In this document: piece by piece, positions 26,514 through 38,822 of the stretch
How positions within the stretch are numbered: the first letter of the stretch is position 1
Layout: every line of letters begins with the position of its first letter
Origin: Paraspadella gotoi
Taxonomy: Eukaryota; Animalia; Chaetognatha
NCBI GenBank assembly: GCA_051294375.1
Contig: CM119269.1
Span: forward strand, 1,752,537-1,816,536
DNA: 64,000 nucleotides
Reading direction: 5' to 3'
Made by a program: the position numbers and the translations under genes
The notes under the pieces: model-generated
What the model saw: the letters and a program-made list of their open reading frames with translations, nothing else
Told to the model about the DNA's origin: nothing
The model's database searches: none

Positions 26514-29151
26514 ATGGCAGATGTGATTCAATCTGATGTGAAATTACCGCAAGAGAACAACAACGAAAAACAATCTCGCGACAACCTCTCTCTTGTTTCG
26601 GATCCTTCGAACGAGGAGAAAATCGAAGATGTCTCGGAGACGGTCCAGGGCGGTGACTCGGAAAAGGGCGTCGTTGATACCCTGACCGAAGGATCGTCTG
26701 CGCAGGCGCCTCGTCGTCGCGCTGGTTGCGAGGGAGACGGAATTGAAAAGGTTAGCGTTAAGAATTACAACTTACCAAGCGAAACTCTTTAGAACTTCAA
26801 TTTTCTTCGTTTTCTCACACAGCCCATGACCTCGACTCCCGATTCGAAGCGACCCTCGACTTTAACCGGCCTCATGGGCGAATCTGACTCTTCTCTCGGA
26901 GACATCGGAAAGAAACTCTCTCCTTTCGAAGAGGAACTCGGGGAAGACGAAGAAGACATGGCGGGGTTAGTTTAAGAAATTTTCGATGATACCCGCGGCC
27001 ATTTAATCTTAACCGCGAGGCTGGCTATTGAGAATTGGCCGATTACATGTGCCCAATTATTGGGGTTCGAAGTCTAAGAAGAGGGTTCCATCAATTTATT
27101 CGTTTCTTTTCGTTTTCAGCGTTAGGAGAAAGAGCGTAGCTTTGCTGGACGCCAAGGAATCTGCGATTTTGCGACTTCAAGAAGAATTGAACAAGTCCAA
27201 AGAAACTTTGAAGCTTCGCGACGTCGAAGTAAAAAAATTTAACTTCAGTTGTTTTTTTTGTTTTGTTTTGTTTTTTTGTTGTTTTTTTTTTGGTATCTTT
27301 AGTTGGCATAACATCTAAATGAGAAATTCATTTTCGATTTTACAACGGCACAGTTTATTACAAAAATAAACTGAGGGGTTTCGGCTATTGTGATAGCCTA
27401 CATTAGCCGAAACATATTGGAATTTCTCCTGTATTTTTGGTTTGAAAAATATTAGGTCGAGAAGCTTTCCAAGATTCGGGACGAAGTCGGCGCTGAGTTG
27501 GAAGAATTGACGGCGTCTCTTTTCGAAGAGGCGCACAAGATGGTGCACGACGCAAACGTTAAGCGTGCCGCGGCAGAAAAACGAGTCGCCGAAGCAAACC
27601 TAAAAGTGAGAAGGAAGAGGCTTTCAAATTCATGGCGCTTATTCTTCGAGGTCAACTTCATTTGTTAATTTGTTTGTCCTTTTTAAGATTGAAATGTTGG
27701 ACGCGGAAGTTCAAGCGTTGAAAGCTCTTGTGCTGACGTCGACTCCTTCAACGCCGAACCACCACCTCCATCCACAAATCTCGCCGAAGATCGACCGTAA
27801 GAACCCACCCAGCCCCGGCAAGACCATCCTTAACGGTGATTAGGGAATGTGAAAAAAACTTAGTCGGTTCGAATCCATTTTCTACAGTTAAATGCATTTA
27901 CTTGCTTGTTCAGTTGCGGCAGCCGTTACTTTTCACATTCTCTCTAAAGGTCACAAGCGTGCCTCTTCACACGGTGGCGGGTCAGGTTCCGGTTTTACCG
28001 TCTCCTTTACCGGTGCGCGTTCGAGCTTCGGCGCTGGCGGTGGCGTCGCGGCGCCGCATTCTGATCAAAGGTTAACATCAACTTTTGTATCCATTATAAT
28101 AATTATGGTCTGTCGTAGATTGATTAATGATTATTATTATTACTAATTTATGCAGCTCTTCTCACAACGTTCCCTTGCCACATCCCTGCCCTACCTCTTC
28201 GCAAAATTCCGAATCCTCCGCTCCGTCGCTAAAAAAAGAGCAGGTGTCCGAATATCCCCTTTTAAAAAAACTTAATCATTAATTGATTAATCATTAAATA
28301 ATCAATCTTTCACTTTCTCGAATTTTATATAATTTAATGTTTGTTTGTTTTTTTCTAATAGATCGACCCGATCGCCTTTGACGAATTTTCTGATTGGATC
28401 GAGAATCCCGTCCTTGACAAAGACGCCCCTTTCCTTGCAAGAATCTTTGCCGAAGACATCGGTCCTTGTTTCGACTTCAAAAATAAACAGGTCAGCGATA
28501 ATTTAGTGGAATTTTCATCTTTACTTCCTTCTTCAACCATATTTGTCGTCTTTCAACATTAGTTAGTAAATGATTCAACGTTCAACAATCAACGTAATGA
28601 TTATCTTCTTTGATTCTAACATTTTCATTTAGTTGGCTTCGGAAATTCTTTCTGCCATCCAATCCAACTCAATTGTCATCGAGCCGCTGCTCTCGCTCAA
28701 CACTAGTCTCCCGAAGTCCTCAGCAGCGTACGGAGGACGAACTTGCGCGCTATCCCAACTATCAAGGGCTTGCAACTACAAGGTGCTTAAATTTTATAGT
28801 TAAACACGGTTTTTGTTTCCCGAAAAGAGTTTTTTTAGCGAAGGTAGTGCTCGTTTTCAGATCCGGCTTGAGGAGGCTTCTGACGACAAGGATCCTCCTT
28901 GGCATTTCATTTCCGATTTTGGCCGCAATCGTGTTATCGCCGTCTGTGATTTCTACACCTACATCCGATACATAGTTCAAGGTAGTTTTTTATCATTTCG
29001 ATCACTACTGACGGTGGCCTTTTATCTTTCTATCGATTATTCAGGTCTAGTCAAGAAAAAAGACAACACTCAGGAAACGTTTTCCAGAGTCAACCTTTTA
29101 CGTCGTAACATGAACCTAGCAAGACTGGGATTCGATACTCAAGAATCCTAG
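26514..29151 (+). CDS. RAB3IP: Rab3A-interacting protein / Rabin8 (Sec2-domain Rab GEF), about 11 exons
   Basis: Sec2 coiled coil [46 protein letters not shown]-terminal domain motifs [22 protein letters not shown]...C.YKIRL and [23 protein letters not shown], ending [12 protein letters not shown]. Confidence 0.92.
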
Positions 29152-30303
29152 TTATTTTGAGTTTGTAATAGGCAACTAACGTTTCTACAACCGCCATAGT
29201 TTGTAGACTTGGAAAAAGCGTTGCACTCGGAACCGCACAAAATATTGTACCGCCAGAAGACGGTCATCACTCGATAAACGCCTCGAAGACTTCTCTTGTC
29301 CCGAGCCCTGTCAAATAACGATATACGTACTCTATTTTTTTTTATTTGATCTCCTCTTTTAAATTACGCAGCATAACCCTGGTCTTAAGAAAAAAGCATG
29401 CTATTAAGATCTATTTATTTTAGATAATAATCATTCAACGGTCGTTTTAAAACAGGACCTGTTAGGTGTATCCGTCGTTTGTCTCGTTACCTAAATAATA
29501 CAAGTTTTTATTTAGTTTCTCACCCAAATATTAACCTGCTGAGTTTTGTACTTTATGGTCACGAAAACGGGCTCGTTCTTCAAGGAATCGCGAAGCCTTT
29601 GGTGCTGACATTTTGAACAGACTCCCGACTCATCTTCAGATTGCTGAATTGGCCCAACAAGATAACTTTTCTTTTATTCCAATTGCTCGATTTACTATTA
29701 CTTCCTTTTTATGATATTATTTGGCTTTTGTATCCTACTCTATTATTGGCATTTGTCATTTACATACACCGGTGACGTCCTTGATTGGGTACTTTTTTTA
29801 AATCGAAAAAGTAAAATTAGTTACTCATTAGTCTTAAAAGCTATTTCGAAAATAATTCTACCAAAAAATTAGTTGTTTGGGAAGCTACTTTGCAGTTCAC
29901 CTTCGCCGAACGCGTTAGTTTCGCTTGCCAACAGTTTTCGATATGTCAACTCAAAGCGATACTACTCGTCTGTGATTTTTGTTCCTACTGCAAATCTAAT
30001 GGAATAACGCAACCCGGCCGAATTTTTTAGTTTTTTCGGAGTATAATAATTGCGCTCGTGACTAATAGGGAAAGAGACGGCGACGGGAGAATATGGAGTA
30101 CATTCCAGCGTAAATATTCTTTGAGAGTATACTATTCTACTACAAGTGTTGTAGAAATTGATAAACCAAACTATACCCTACTTTTATTTCGTTGAGATTT
30201 TATGTTTTCTTTTTTCGACTTGAATTCGAAACGCATTCCGTCCCGCAGCGCTTCGGCTTTGAGGAACCAGTGCGCCGGTGGCGAAAAGAATGTCAATTTC
30301 CGA

Positions 30304-32992
30304 ATGCCAATCGGAAGTCCGGTTTGCGAGGATGACCCCTCCGAAACAAACGTCAATGCAAACAGCAACAACAGGGGGCACCCTAACCTTATCTACTCTA
30401 GCTACGGCGTCCAAGGTTGTCCGGCGCCTATGAAACCGGGACCCGGAGACTGCGCAGTTCTCGTCGGCGCTCAAAATTTGATGGCCAATTACATTCCTGT
30501 CTTCAATCCCAAGGTTTTTTCTCCTTTAATTATTTTAAGCGATTAGACTAATAGAAACGATTTTAAAGAATTGAAAAAGTGTATTATTAAGGGAGCAATC
30601 GTTGACATGTACGGCCCGCCTCATGGGGGACTCGACAAAGAAAACTACGCCAAGAAGATTGAGGGCTGGAAGTCCAGCGTGGAGCAGCGGGAGCGGGTCG
30701 GTGGAATTGGGGCGGGGAAGTCCACGTCCCGCGCGCCGGAGCCGGTCGCCATTGAAGCGCCCATGGCGCCGCCACAGCCAAATTGGAACCGAAACAGAAA
30801 TAACAGGAGTCGCAGCTACGATGAGACGAGGAAGCAGAAGAACCGATTCAAAGACAGAAAAATATTCAGGGATTTAAACAAGAATCAAAACCACAGGGTG
30901 AACTGAATCGACTCTTGCACCTTTAACTCGGTTACCGATTTGACGCAAAGCCCCATTTTTCAACTTTTTCACCCGAAGAACGAATTCGATGACAACTTCA
31001 ACCAAAACATCGAACCTCTCGGCGAATGCCTCGACTACATCGACGACGAATACAAGGAAGCAAGGGAGTACGTCAGACTTTACCATCAGAGCCTCACCAA
31101 GATTCACGATACGCTCAAAGTGAGACCCATTCTTTGACAATTTGATTTCGACGTTTTTATATCGTTATTTGTTCTACCTCAGTCGACTCTTAAGCCGGGA
31201 CCCCCAATAGGCAGCCGATGGGAGGCCTTCAAGAATGCCTTCAAAGCCGGAAATATCGCTCGATGTCCGGAGTTGCAGCTTTCCACCGATTTCGATGACT
31301 ACGAAAAGGTGCCAGTTGCAACTTTATGTTGTTTAATCTTGTAAGTATATTGTGAGTTTTCTGAAGAAAACATGTTTTTTTTTTCAATTTTTAAGGTATT
31401 TCAATGTATGAATCACTGTTATCACGCTATTTTCCTTATCACCAACAGGTTATGGTTGCGCCCGGTTCACCGCTTGACGATGCTGTGACGGACATGAGCC
31501 AAGCCTATCGTTATATATGTTCCGCCAAGGAGGCATTGGAGCATGACATCAAGACGCAATTTCTCGAACCGTTGCACGTTTTCATCGAGAAAGTGAGTTT
31601 TATATTATTGAAGCACCAAAGTGAACGAAGGCTGGAGTGGTGTTTTGTTGGTCGTAACCGCTACTTACTGATTGCGCAGGAGTGGAAAAACGTCGTTAAC
31701 CACGACAAGAACGTTATGCATCTGGCTTCTAAGATTCAGAAGGCCAAGTCAGAGGGACGCGATCAGGCGGCCATTGCCGATTACATGGATATCTTCAACC
31801 GTGAGCGAGAGAAAACCCTCTATCTCTTCAATTTCATCCTAAACAGCGATTACAACCAGATTAACAAATTCATCGACTTGGTCAACTGTTACATCGATTA
31901 TCACAAGTGAGGCTTTGTTGCAGATAACAATTGAATTCAAATTGAATCATGATCTAAGAAAATATGCGCTTGTGCAGTATATATATTTATTTATATTTAT
32001 TAGTTTATTCAGAAGTTTTTTGCTCTTTTAGGGAAAACTTAACTCTTCTCGAGGAGCTGTTGAAGACACTCCGTCGCCGCGCCAAAGCGGCGAAACCTGA
32101 CCATAATACGCGCGCGTCGCGTCCAATCGACGGAACTGGGGGATGCATGGGCACGTGTTACAGACCCTGCGCTCTTGCGCCAGGACTAGTCACTGATGTG
32201 ACTGGCGATTCCAAAGGTAAGTTTGTGAGTGGGAAAAAGAAATTTTTACTTTGTCAGTTTGTATTAAGATTTGAATAAATAAATATAATATCCAGCTGTC
32301 GAAAAAGAGTTTGAACGTATTTTCGGGGCGCCAATGCCTCCCAGAGATTGCGGAGAACACGGCTTTGGAATGACTTGCGCTAAGGATAAGGAGGTGTTGA
32401 ATTGTGAAAAATACTCTCATAATCTCGTTCGTCGTTATGACTGACGAATCAAAATTTTTTCCGCTCGGTGTTGTTGTCCATAGCAACCGGAAACGGCGCT
32501 ACCCCTGGAAGCTAAGCAGAGCTGTGAGGCGGACGGCAGCGCCGCCTTCCTAGAATACATGGAGAAGCGCATCAAGACGAGACCTTACGGGTTTGTTAAA
32601 GAGCCGTACGAAGCCAAGATGCCCGGGGAGATGTCACTTTACTCGGGAGAGATTGTTTACCTCAAGGTGAGCTTCTTTTGAGATTGACGAGAATTGTAGA
32701 TATGATGAGCGGAAAACCCCGCTCATTGTGGATATACGTATATTTTTTTCATGACACTTGTAAAATGAAAATTGTTTAATGGTACTATTACAAATTTTAA
32801 TAACTAGTAAGGCGCAATCAGATATATTTACAATTCTTTAATGCGAATCGTTAGTTATACTTATAGCATTAATAAATTATTTTATCGAATAAGGGCAAGC
32901 CTGGATTCGACTTGTACTGTGGGGAAAAGGAAGACGGAACCAAGGGCAAATTTCCGCAGAAGTGTCTGGACATCATCGTGGATATCTGTTAG
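30304..32992 (+). CDS. Divergent endophilin-like BAR + SH3 protein, about 10 exons
   Basis: Helical BAR-like region (PGSPLDDAV..MSQAY..AKEALEHDIKTQFLEPLHVFIEKEWKNV; QINKFIDLVNCYIDYHKE..LLEEL) and a C-terminal SH3-like region PYEAKMPGEMSLYSGEIVYLK...GTKGKFPQKCLDIIVDIC*. The start codon is uncertain. Confidence 0.75.
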
Positions 32993-33907
32993 GGAACGTT
33001 AAACATCAGATTGAATGGGTTTTCGGCTATAAAAAAAGAAAAGACTGTCGATATGGATAACTCTCAATATGTGGGGAAAATACTTTTTTAGTTCAACTAG
33101 TAGTATACCATACCAATCATAAGGTATCAATAATAAATCACAAATTAATGATATCGTGTTTTTGTGCAGCCTGCAAAATAGAAGATTAAGTATTTCTATA
33201 TTTCGTTTAAAAAAAACAAAACAAAAACGCGCCACTTAATCAATTTAAATTCTTGGCGTTCCAAAAGAATATTTTTAAAAATTATATTGGTTGTACCAAT
33301 TTCATAAAAAAACTAAGGTTTTTTAATAAAAGAATTAACATGTGCATTTTATCACAAACATTTTTTAAAAAAGAATAAATAAATTTTATTTATTTTATTT
33401 AATAACCTTATATTTATTATTTAAGAATCTGGGTAAAGCAATCCCTCCAGATGTCCAGTATAATTTTTTGTCATTTTTATTTTATTACAAAAAATAATGT
33501 ATCAGAAAAAAAGATAAGTTTGAAATGAATAAAATTCTGAAACGTTTAGCTTTTCTGTCGGTGTAAAGTTTTTCAATTTAAAGAATGATTGCTCCCAAAC
33601 GGATTGTATAAAATTTATGCTAAACTCTTTTAATTACATTTTTGTTTTTTCTTAGAATATATGTTAGGACCGGACCGGCGGGTCCTATCATATATAGGTT
33701 ATTTTTTAAAGTTTGATATGAAGTGGCTCGTTTTTTTACTCATGACTTTATACTATAAAACCATAACAATCTTTTCATGATATCAAATATCTGATTCGTT
33801 ACCGTGGCGCATTTTGTTAGCAATGTTTCCGACGCATCGCCACCTTTTGGAATTGCCTTTAAAACCTCGCCTCCTGAGAGGCTTCCGTGTTTCATCTTTA
33901 ATTTTAT

Positions 33908-33923
33908 CCGCCATCTGACGTCA
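33908..33923 (+). promoter_or_regulatory. YY1-like (CCGCCAT) plus CRE (TGACGTCA) motifs, possible AEBP2 promoter
   Basis: Adjacent motifs in a locally GC-richer patch, followed by a donor-like CAG|GTGAAA at about 34050. Confidence 0.3.
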
Positions 33924-34825
33924 CGAGTCTCGTAAGTCTCGACAAGCGTTTAGAGAGACACCGAACAACTCTGCAGCTTTAGTCTCAATCTAAAAACAAT
34001 AAACCATTTTTTTCTTCGTTAATAATACTTACGGGGCTCTTGATCTGCAGGTGAAAACAATTTTATACTTTATTTTCCTAGATGGTATTGAAGTATCTAT
34101 CTTTCTCATAAAATTCCAACTTAAGTTCGCTATCGTATTATGTAGCGTTTAACTCTTTATGGATATAACTAATGACTAAAGTCTGGTTTACGTAAAATGG
34201 ATCTTTTTCAGTCATACTATTGAAAATTCAATTCTTTTCATATTTCCTTACCGCCGGTTATAAATTTTTTTCGGATTGATTCGATTGAATACATACTAAT
34301 AGGACAAGCTACTTTACATACAAGTCTTGATGAGCTGTAAACGATTTGTGATTATGGTCTAAATGTAATCTTTAATTACATGCACTTCGCACTTCTCAAA
34401 TAGCTTTTATAGCTGGGATTGAGCAAAATGTCAAATGATGGTCTATTGACGTATCAACAATGGTAACTGTAGTAATAACGCGGTCACAAGCATTTTTGAT
34501 TGTATTGTTGTATAAAAATTTTATTATTTATATAAAAACAATAAAAGTTATAATGTAACTGTAAATACTTTAACCCTTAAACCATTCTTTACCCTAAACC
34601 ACCCTAACCCGAGTCGGCGAATCTAAAATTAAGCCCATCTTTGGCCTGTAATTTGAATTGAGTCGTGCATTCATTGTCTTTGCTCTTCTCGGTTCCTTGG
34701 CTTTACTTTTAATGGGGAGAGACATTTTGTAGAATATTATAGAAAATAGAATAATATAGATTGGTTTGTTGTCTGCTTTAAGCTTTATTTTAAACTTTTT
34801 ACCAAAATGATTTCAGTAAACGCAG

Positions 34826-35102
34826 TTGGTTGTACCTATCCTATGAAATTGGTACAACTAATATAAAAATTATCCATTCCTATAATAAATAAGCTATCTT
34901 GCCCCTGACTTTGGACAGGCTTTGGTGGGTTAAGGCCCCATCACTCTGACAAGAGAATGACATAGCCGGTCCCTTCAAGACTCTCTTTCACTCCCAGAGT
35001 ACCAAGCTTCCCTATCAATATGAAATTGGTACAATCAATATAAAAATTAGCCATTCATTTAATAAATAAGCTATCTTGCCCCTGGCTTTGGACAGGCTTT
35101 GG
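34826..35102 (-). repeat. Two truncated head-to-tail copies of the ~325-bp repeat
   Basis: Both start TATGAAATTGGTACAA on the + strand (about 34842 and 35019) and match the reverse complement of the 18-kb array. Confidence 0.85.
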
Positions 35103-37820
35103 CGAATGTAATGTAATAATGATTATAATTTTTTTTTAATCAAAATTGGCAAAACGAATTCGCCTCGTTCACTTTGAATCTTTTATTAAATGTCTCTGAA
35201 GACAAAAACATTATTATTATTGGTTAGTACACGAATTATTAATACATATTTAATATTATTCATGTATATTTATTTCCAAGAGTGCGTGTCTTTATCGAAG
35301 TGAAATTTACCGTTTAACAATTAATTAATTATTTGTATGATAATTATGTAGCTTTTGCCCCTGGCGCTTTTACCGAGAAACCTCCCAAACTCGAAATAAT
35401 ATCTCGATTATTCTTTATTATCTTTTGTTACAAAGCAGACGTTTTTAGTCAATGTGGGAGAGACCTGTTACCGGTTACTTCAGTTGCCTTTTTACCTTGT
35501 CGGTGCCAGGGAATTCATTATCTACAATTATCCCTTATGATTGGAATTTTCATTGTCTAAATTCCGTCTCGATTGCCATTTCTTTTCTGTTTAATTTTAA
35601 AGTTAGACATTGTATTTAGACTTTCTCTTTTGTTGTTTAAAGTTTAAGGAATCGTTTGCAAGCTGCTCTGAGTCTCTCTCTCTCCCCCCCCCCCATTCTC
35701 TTTCTCCCTTCTTCCTTCCATATCCTGCAATTGCGGCGACAGATGGATTGACACGCGTTCTTCGCTCGCTTCCAATTTCTGTCGGGGGCGGAGGGAGCAG
35801 CGAGAGGATGATGAATTTGGGGGGGGAAGGGGAGTGGTTTTTTTGCGAGTGGGGTGATCGGTAAAGATAGGAGGAAGAGATTATCGCGCGGAAGGTGAGG
35901 CAGGAAGGGGAAAAGGGGCCCTGTCGGTGGGGGATTGAAAAGGGCAGTTTATTGCGGAAAAGGATTGAAGGAAGTCAGAGGAGTAGCCATGCTATCAACT
36001 CTTCGCATGATGGGAGGCGTCGTTTAGGGTGTTGTAATTTAAAAACGTTCGCGCGTTAATCGATGAGGACTGTCGTTCGCGGTTAGTGTTTTTAGGAAGT
36101 TGGACGGAAATTAGAAACGATTTATGAGGCATCGAGGGAAGGAAAGGTCCAAGTTAATTTTAATCTCGAATTATAATTGTCGTTTAGTTTGTAATTAATA
36201 TATCAGAAATGAAGTAATTTTATTTTAGGTAATATTTACTTGCATTCTATTCATTTATGGCTATGAACTTTATTTCAATTTTTATCAATGGAAAATAAAA
36301 CCCATTTCTGTTTTTTAAACACAAAAAATAAGCGCCATTATTTTTTTTATGTTTTATCAACTACTGTTAAATATTTTATTTTTAAATCTAAAAAATATAA
36401 AGATAGTGAAACAAGTAATTTTGAAACTTTTATAACTATTGTGAATGGTTGAAGGTAGGATGATCGACATGGGAGGGTATATTTAATGACCGCCGCGACG
36501 AAAGTTGTTTTTTCTACTTCCCAAAGGGAAGCGGGCGGGCGACAAAAGGGGCAGAACGCGAAGGGGATTGTTGGGGATGAATGGGGCGACAGCTGAAGGG
36601 ATACCCTTTGTCCCCGATTTCATCGACGCGACGACGATGTTTATGACGATGAAAGCGACGACGACGACGGTGACGACGAAGACGAAGGAACACATGGCCC
36701 TTTCGAGAATTTGCGACGCGTCGAAAGACTGAAATCGATTTGGTGAAAACGATCTTTTTTGTTTCTTTTTGTTTTAATTTTTTTTTACTGGGGCAAAGAT
36801 GTAAAGATTATTATTGTTACCAGTTAAAATTGTAACAAAGTACGACCGGCCAAACATACCATGATTAATACAGTAAAAAAACCGTCGTCGATTTCATCAT
36901 AATCATTTCTAAATCTTTTGAGAGTCGAAGGCGCGATCGAGTTTTTCGTCTCTCATTTTTGGCAACAGGGATTGGATGTAAAGATTCCGCTTTTGTCTCA
37001 TCTCGGATTATCATTATGGATTCTTCACTCTCGCCTCTCGACATTTTTTTTTCCGAACATGTTAAACCTTTTTGCCGTTTTATTTTAAACAAATTCCCAG
37101 CTTGGCTTTTTTAGCTTCATATTTTATGTATACTAACATTTGAGCCACTATACTTTCTCTTTTGAAAAGCCACATCTATATATTTGTCAAAGCCGACATT
37201 TACTTCGTCAAATTTTCAAACGTATTTTTCTTTTTCCCTTTTTCGCCGCGATTCTAGTCATTCGAACCGTTTATCATCGTCTTCGTAAAATCGTCAGTGT
37301 CGCCCGGGGCGACGACGACGAAAAAAAGACAACTGCGCTATAATCCACTTTTTTGACGTTCATGATCATGAGTAGGATCCCAGGTTTTTGTTTCCACTTC
37401 TTTCGCCCCAATGCCCCGACTCTTTTATTGATAGTTTTTGAGGGATTCCGGGTGTTGGCAAGCCTTTCTTTGTGGATTTTTGTCTCGGACTGGAATTAGC
37501 ACTCTCACTTTTAGATTTATATTATTTAACCCATGTTTATATTTTAATTATTTAAATTTACGTTTATCTTTTGTAATTGTGTCAGTGGTTGTTTCTACGA
37601 TCTTGTAATTGAGCGAAAAAGAATTCTCCTTACTAACCTCGGTTAAAAGCTTTGATGACCTCTTCCAGTGAACCCGAGAATTGGGGATCTCAACAGTTTC
37701 GTGAGTTACAACTGAGAAGATACAAAAATCGAGAACCAGCGAATATCGATGAAAATTAAGCCTTGTCCCTTGGCCACCTCGATCTTCCACTTGACCTTCA
37801 TTTATCCAAATCAGTGGGAA

Positions 37821-37872
<52 letters not shown>

Positions 37873-38822
37873 AAGACAAACAGAGGGGATTTTCGCCTGA
37901 ACACAAAGACCTCTGCAGTTCAACTCTCTTCCTCCGCTCTATCGGGATGATCGATCAGAGTTAAGAGAGGTCCGAGGAAGAGGAAAACCTAACCTACAGT
38001 TTGGTACCGATTCGTGCACTTGGGGCAAACTCTCGGTCGCTTCCACGTGATTATTAGGGATTTTCGCAGCTACGAATCCTGTTTAATTCTTTTCGACGCT
38101 TGTTTCTTTTCTTTTTATTTTCCCCCCAAAGATCGTCTTCTTTTGTTTTGCTCTTTTGGAACCGAATCTGTAAAAAAGTTGGGACGATGTTAAATTTAAC
38201 ATCTTTGTTTCCTCTCGTTTTGAAGAGCTCTCGGATCTCGGGAGTTCTCTTGTTGTCGTCTCATTTTCCTCGAGTTTTTCTTCGAGTCGATTCGATGTCG
38301 TAAAAAGTAAAAACACCGGCTTGATCAAACGCCCAAGGTTGACTCGACATAATAACCCAGACCCGAAACACGACTTAAAAAAAAAAAAGTAAAAAAGGAA
38401 ATTGTTTTCATCGAAATCAGAGTTGTTGGACCGAAAAGAAAAAGGCTTAACGTCACCCGAAGGGCGAACTCGGAAAACAACAACTGTAACGAAAATCTCT
38501 CTCGTTCTGACGTGAATGGATTTTGACCCATAAAATCGCCCATTGAGAGGATTTTCAACGCTACATTCGTTTCTTATTCTTTTGTTTCGTGTCATAACCT
38601 TGGATCGAATTGAGCCTTCCAACTTCCTTCCGGGTGAAAAAACTCGCGTAAAAACGATGTCGTAAATATGTTATTTTGCTCCCCTTTCTTCGCCAACCTT
38701 TTCTTTTATTTATCTCATGTTTCAAACAAACTTTGCTGTTATTTTTAAAATTCGTTTGAATATTTCTATTTCCATCTCAAAGAGAAATTGTAACTCGTCA
38801 AACTTTCCGTTCTATTTTCAGT

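Noticed and set aside
36483-36732. ORFs in a GC-rich patch upstream of AEBP2
   Set aside because: Driven by (GAC)n repeats, with no motif or convincing splice sites.
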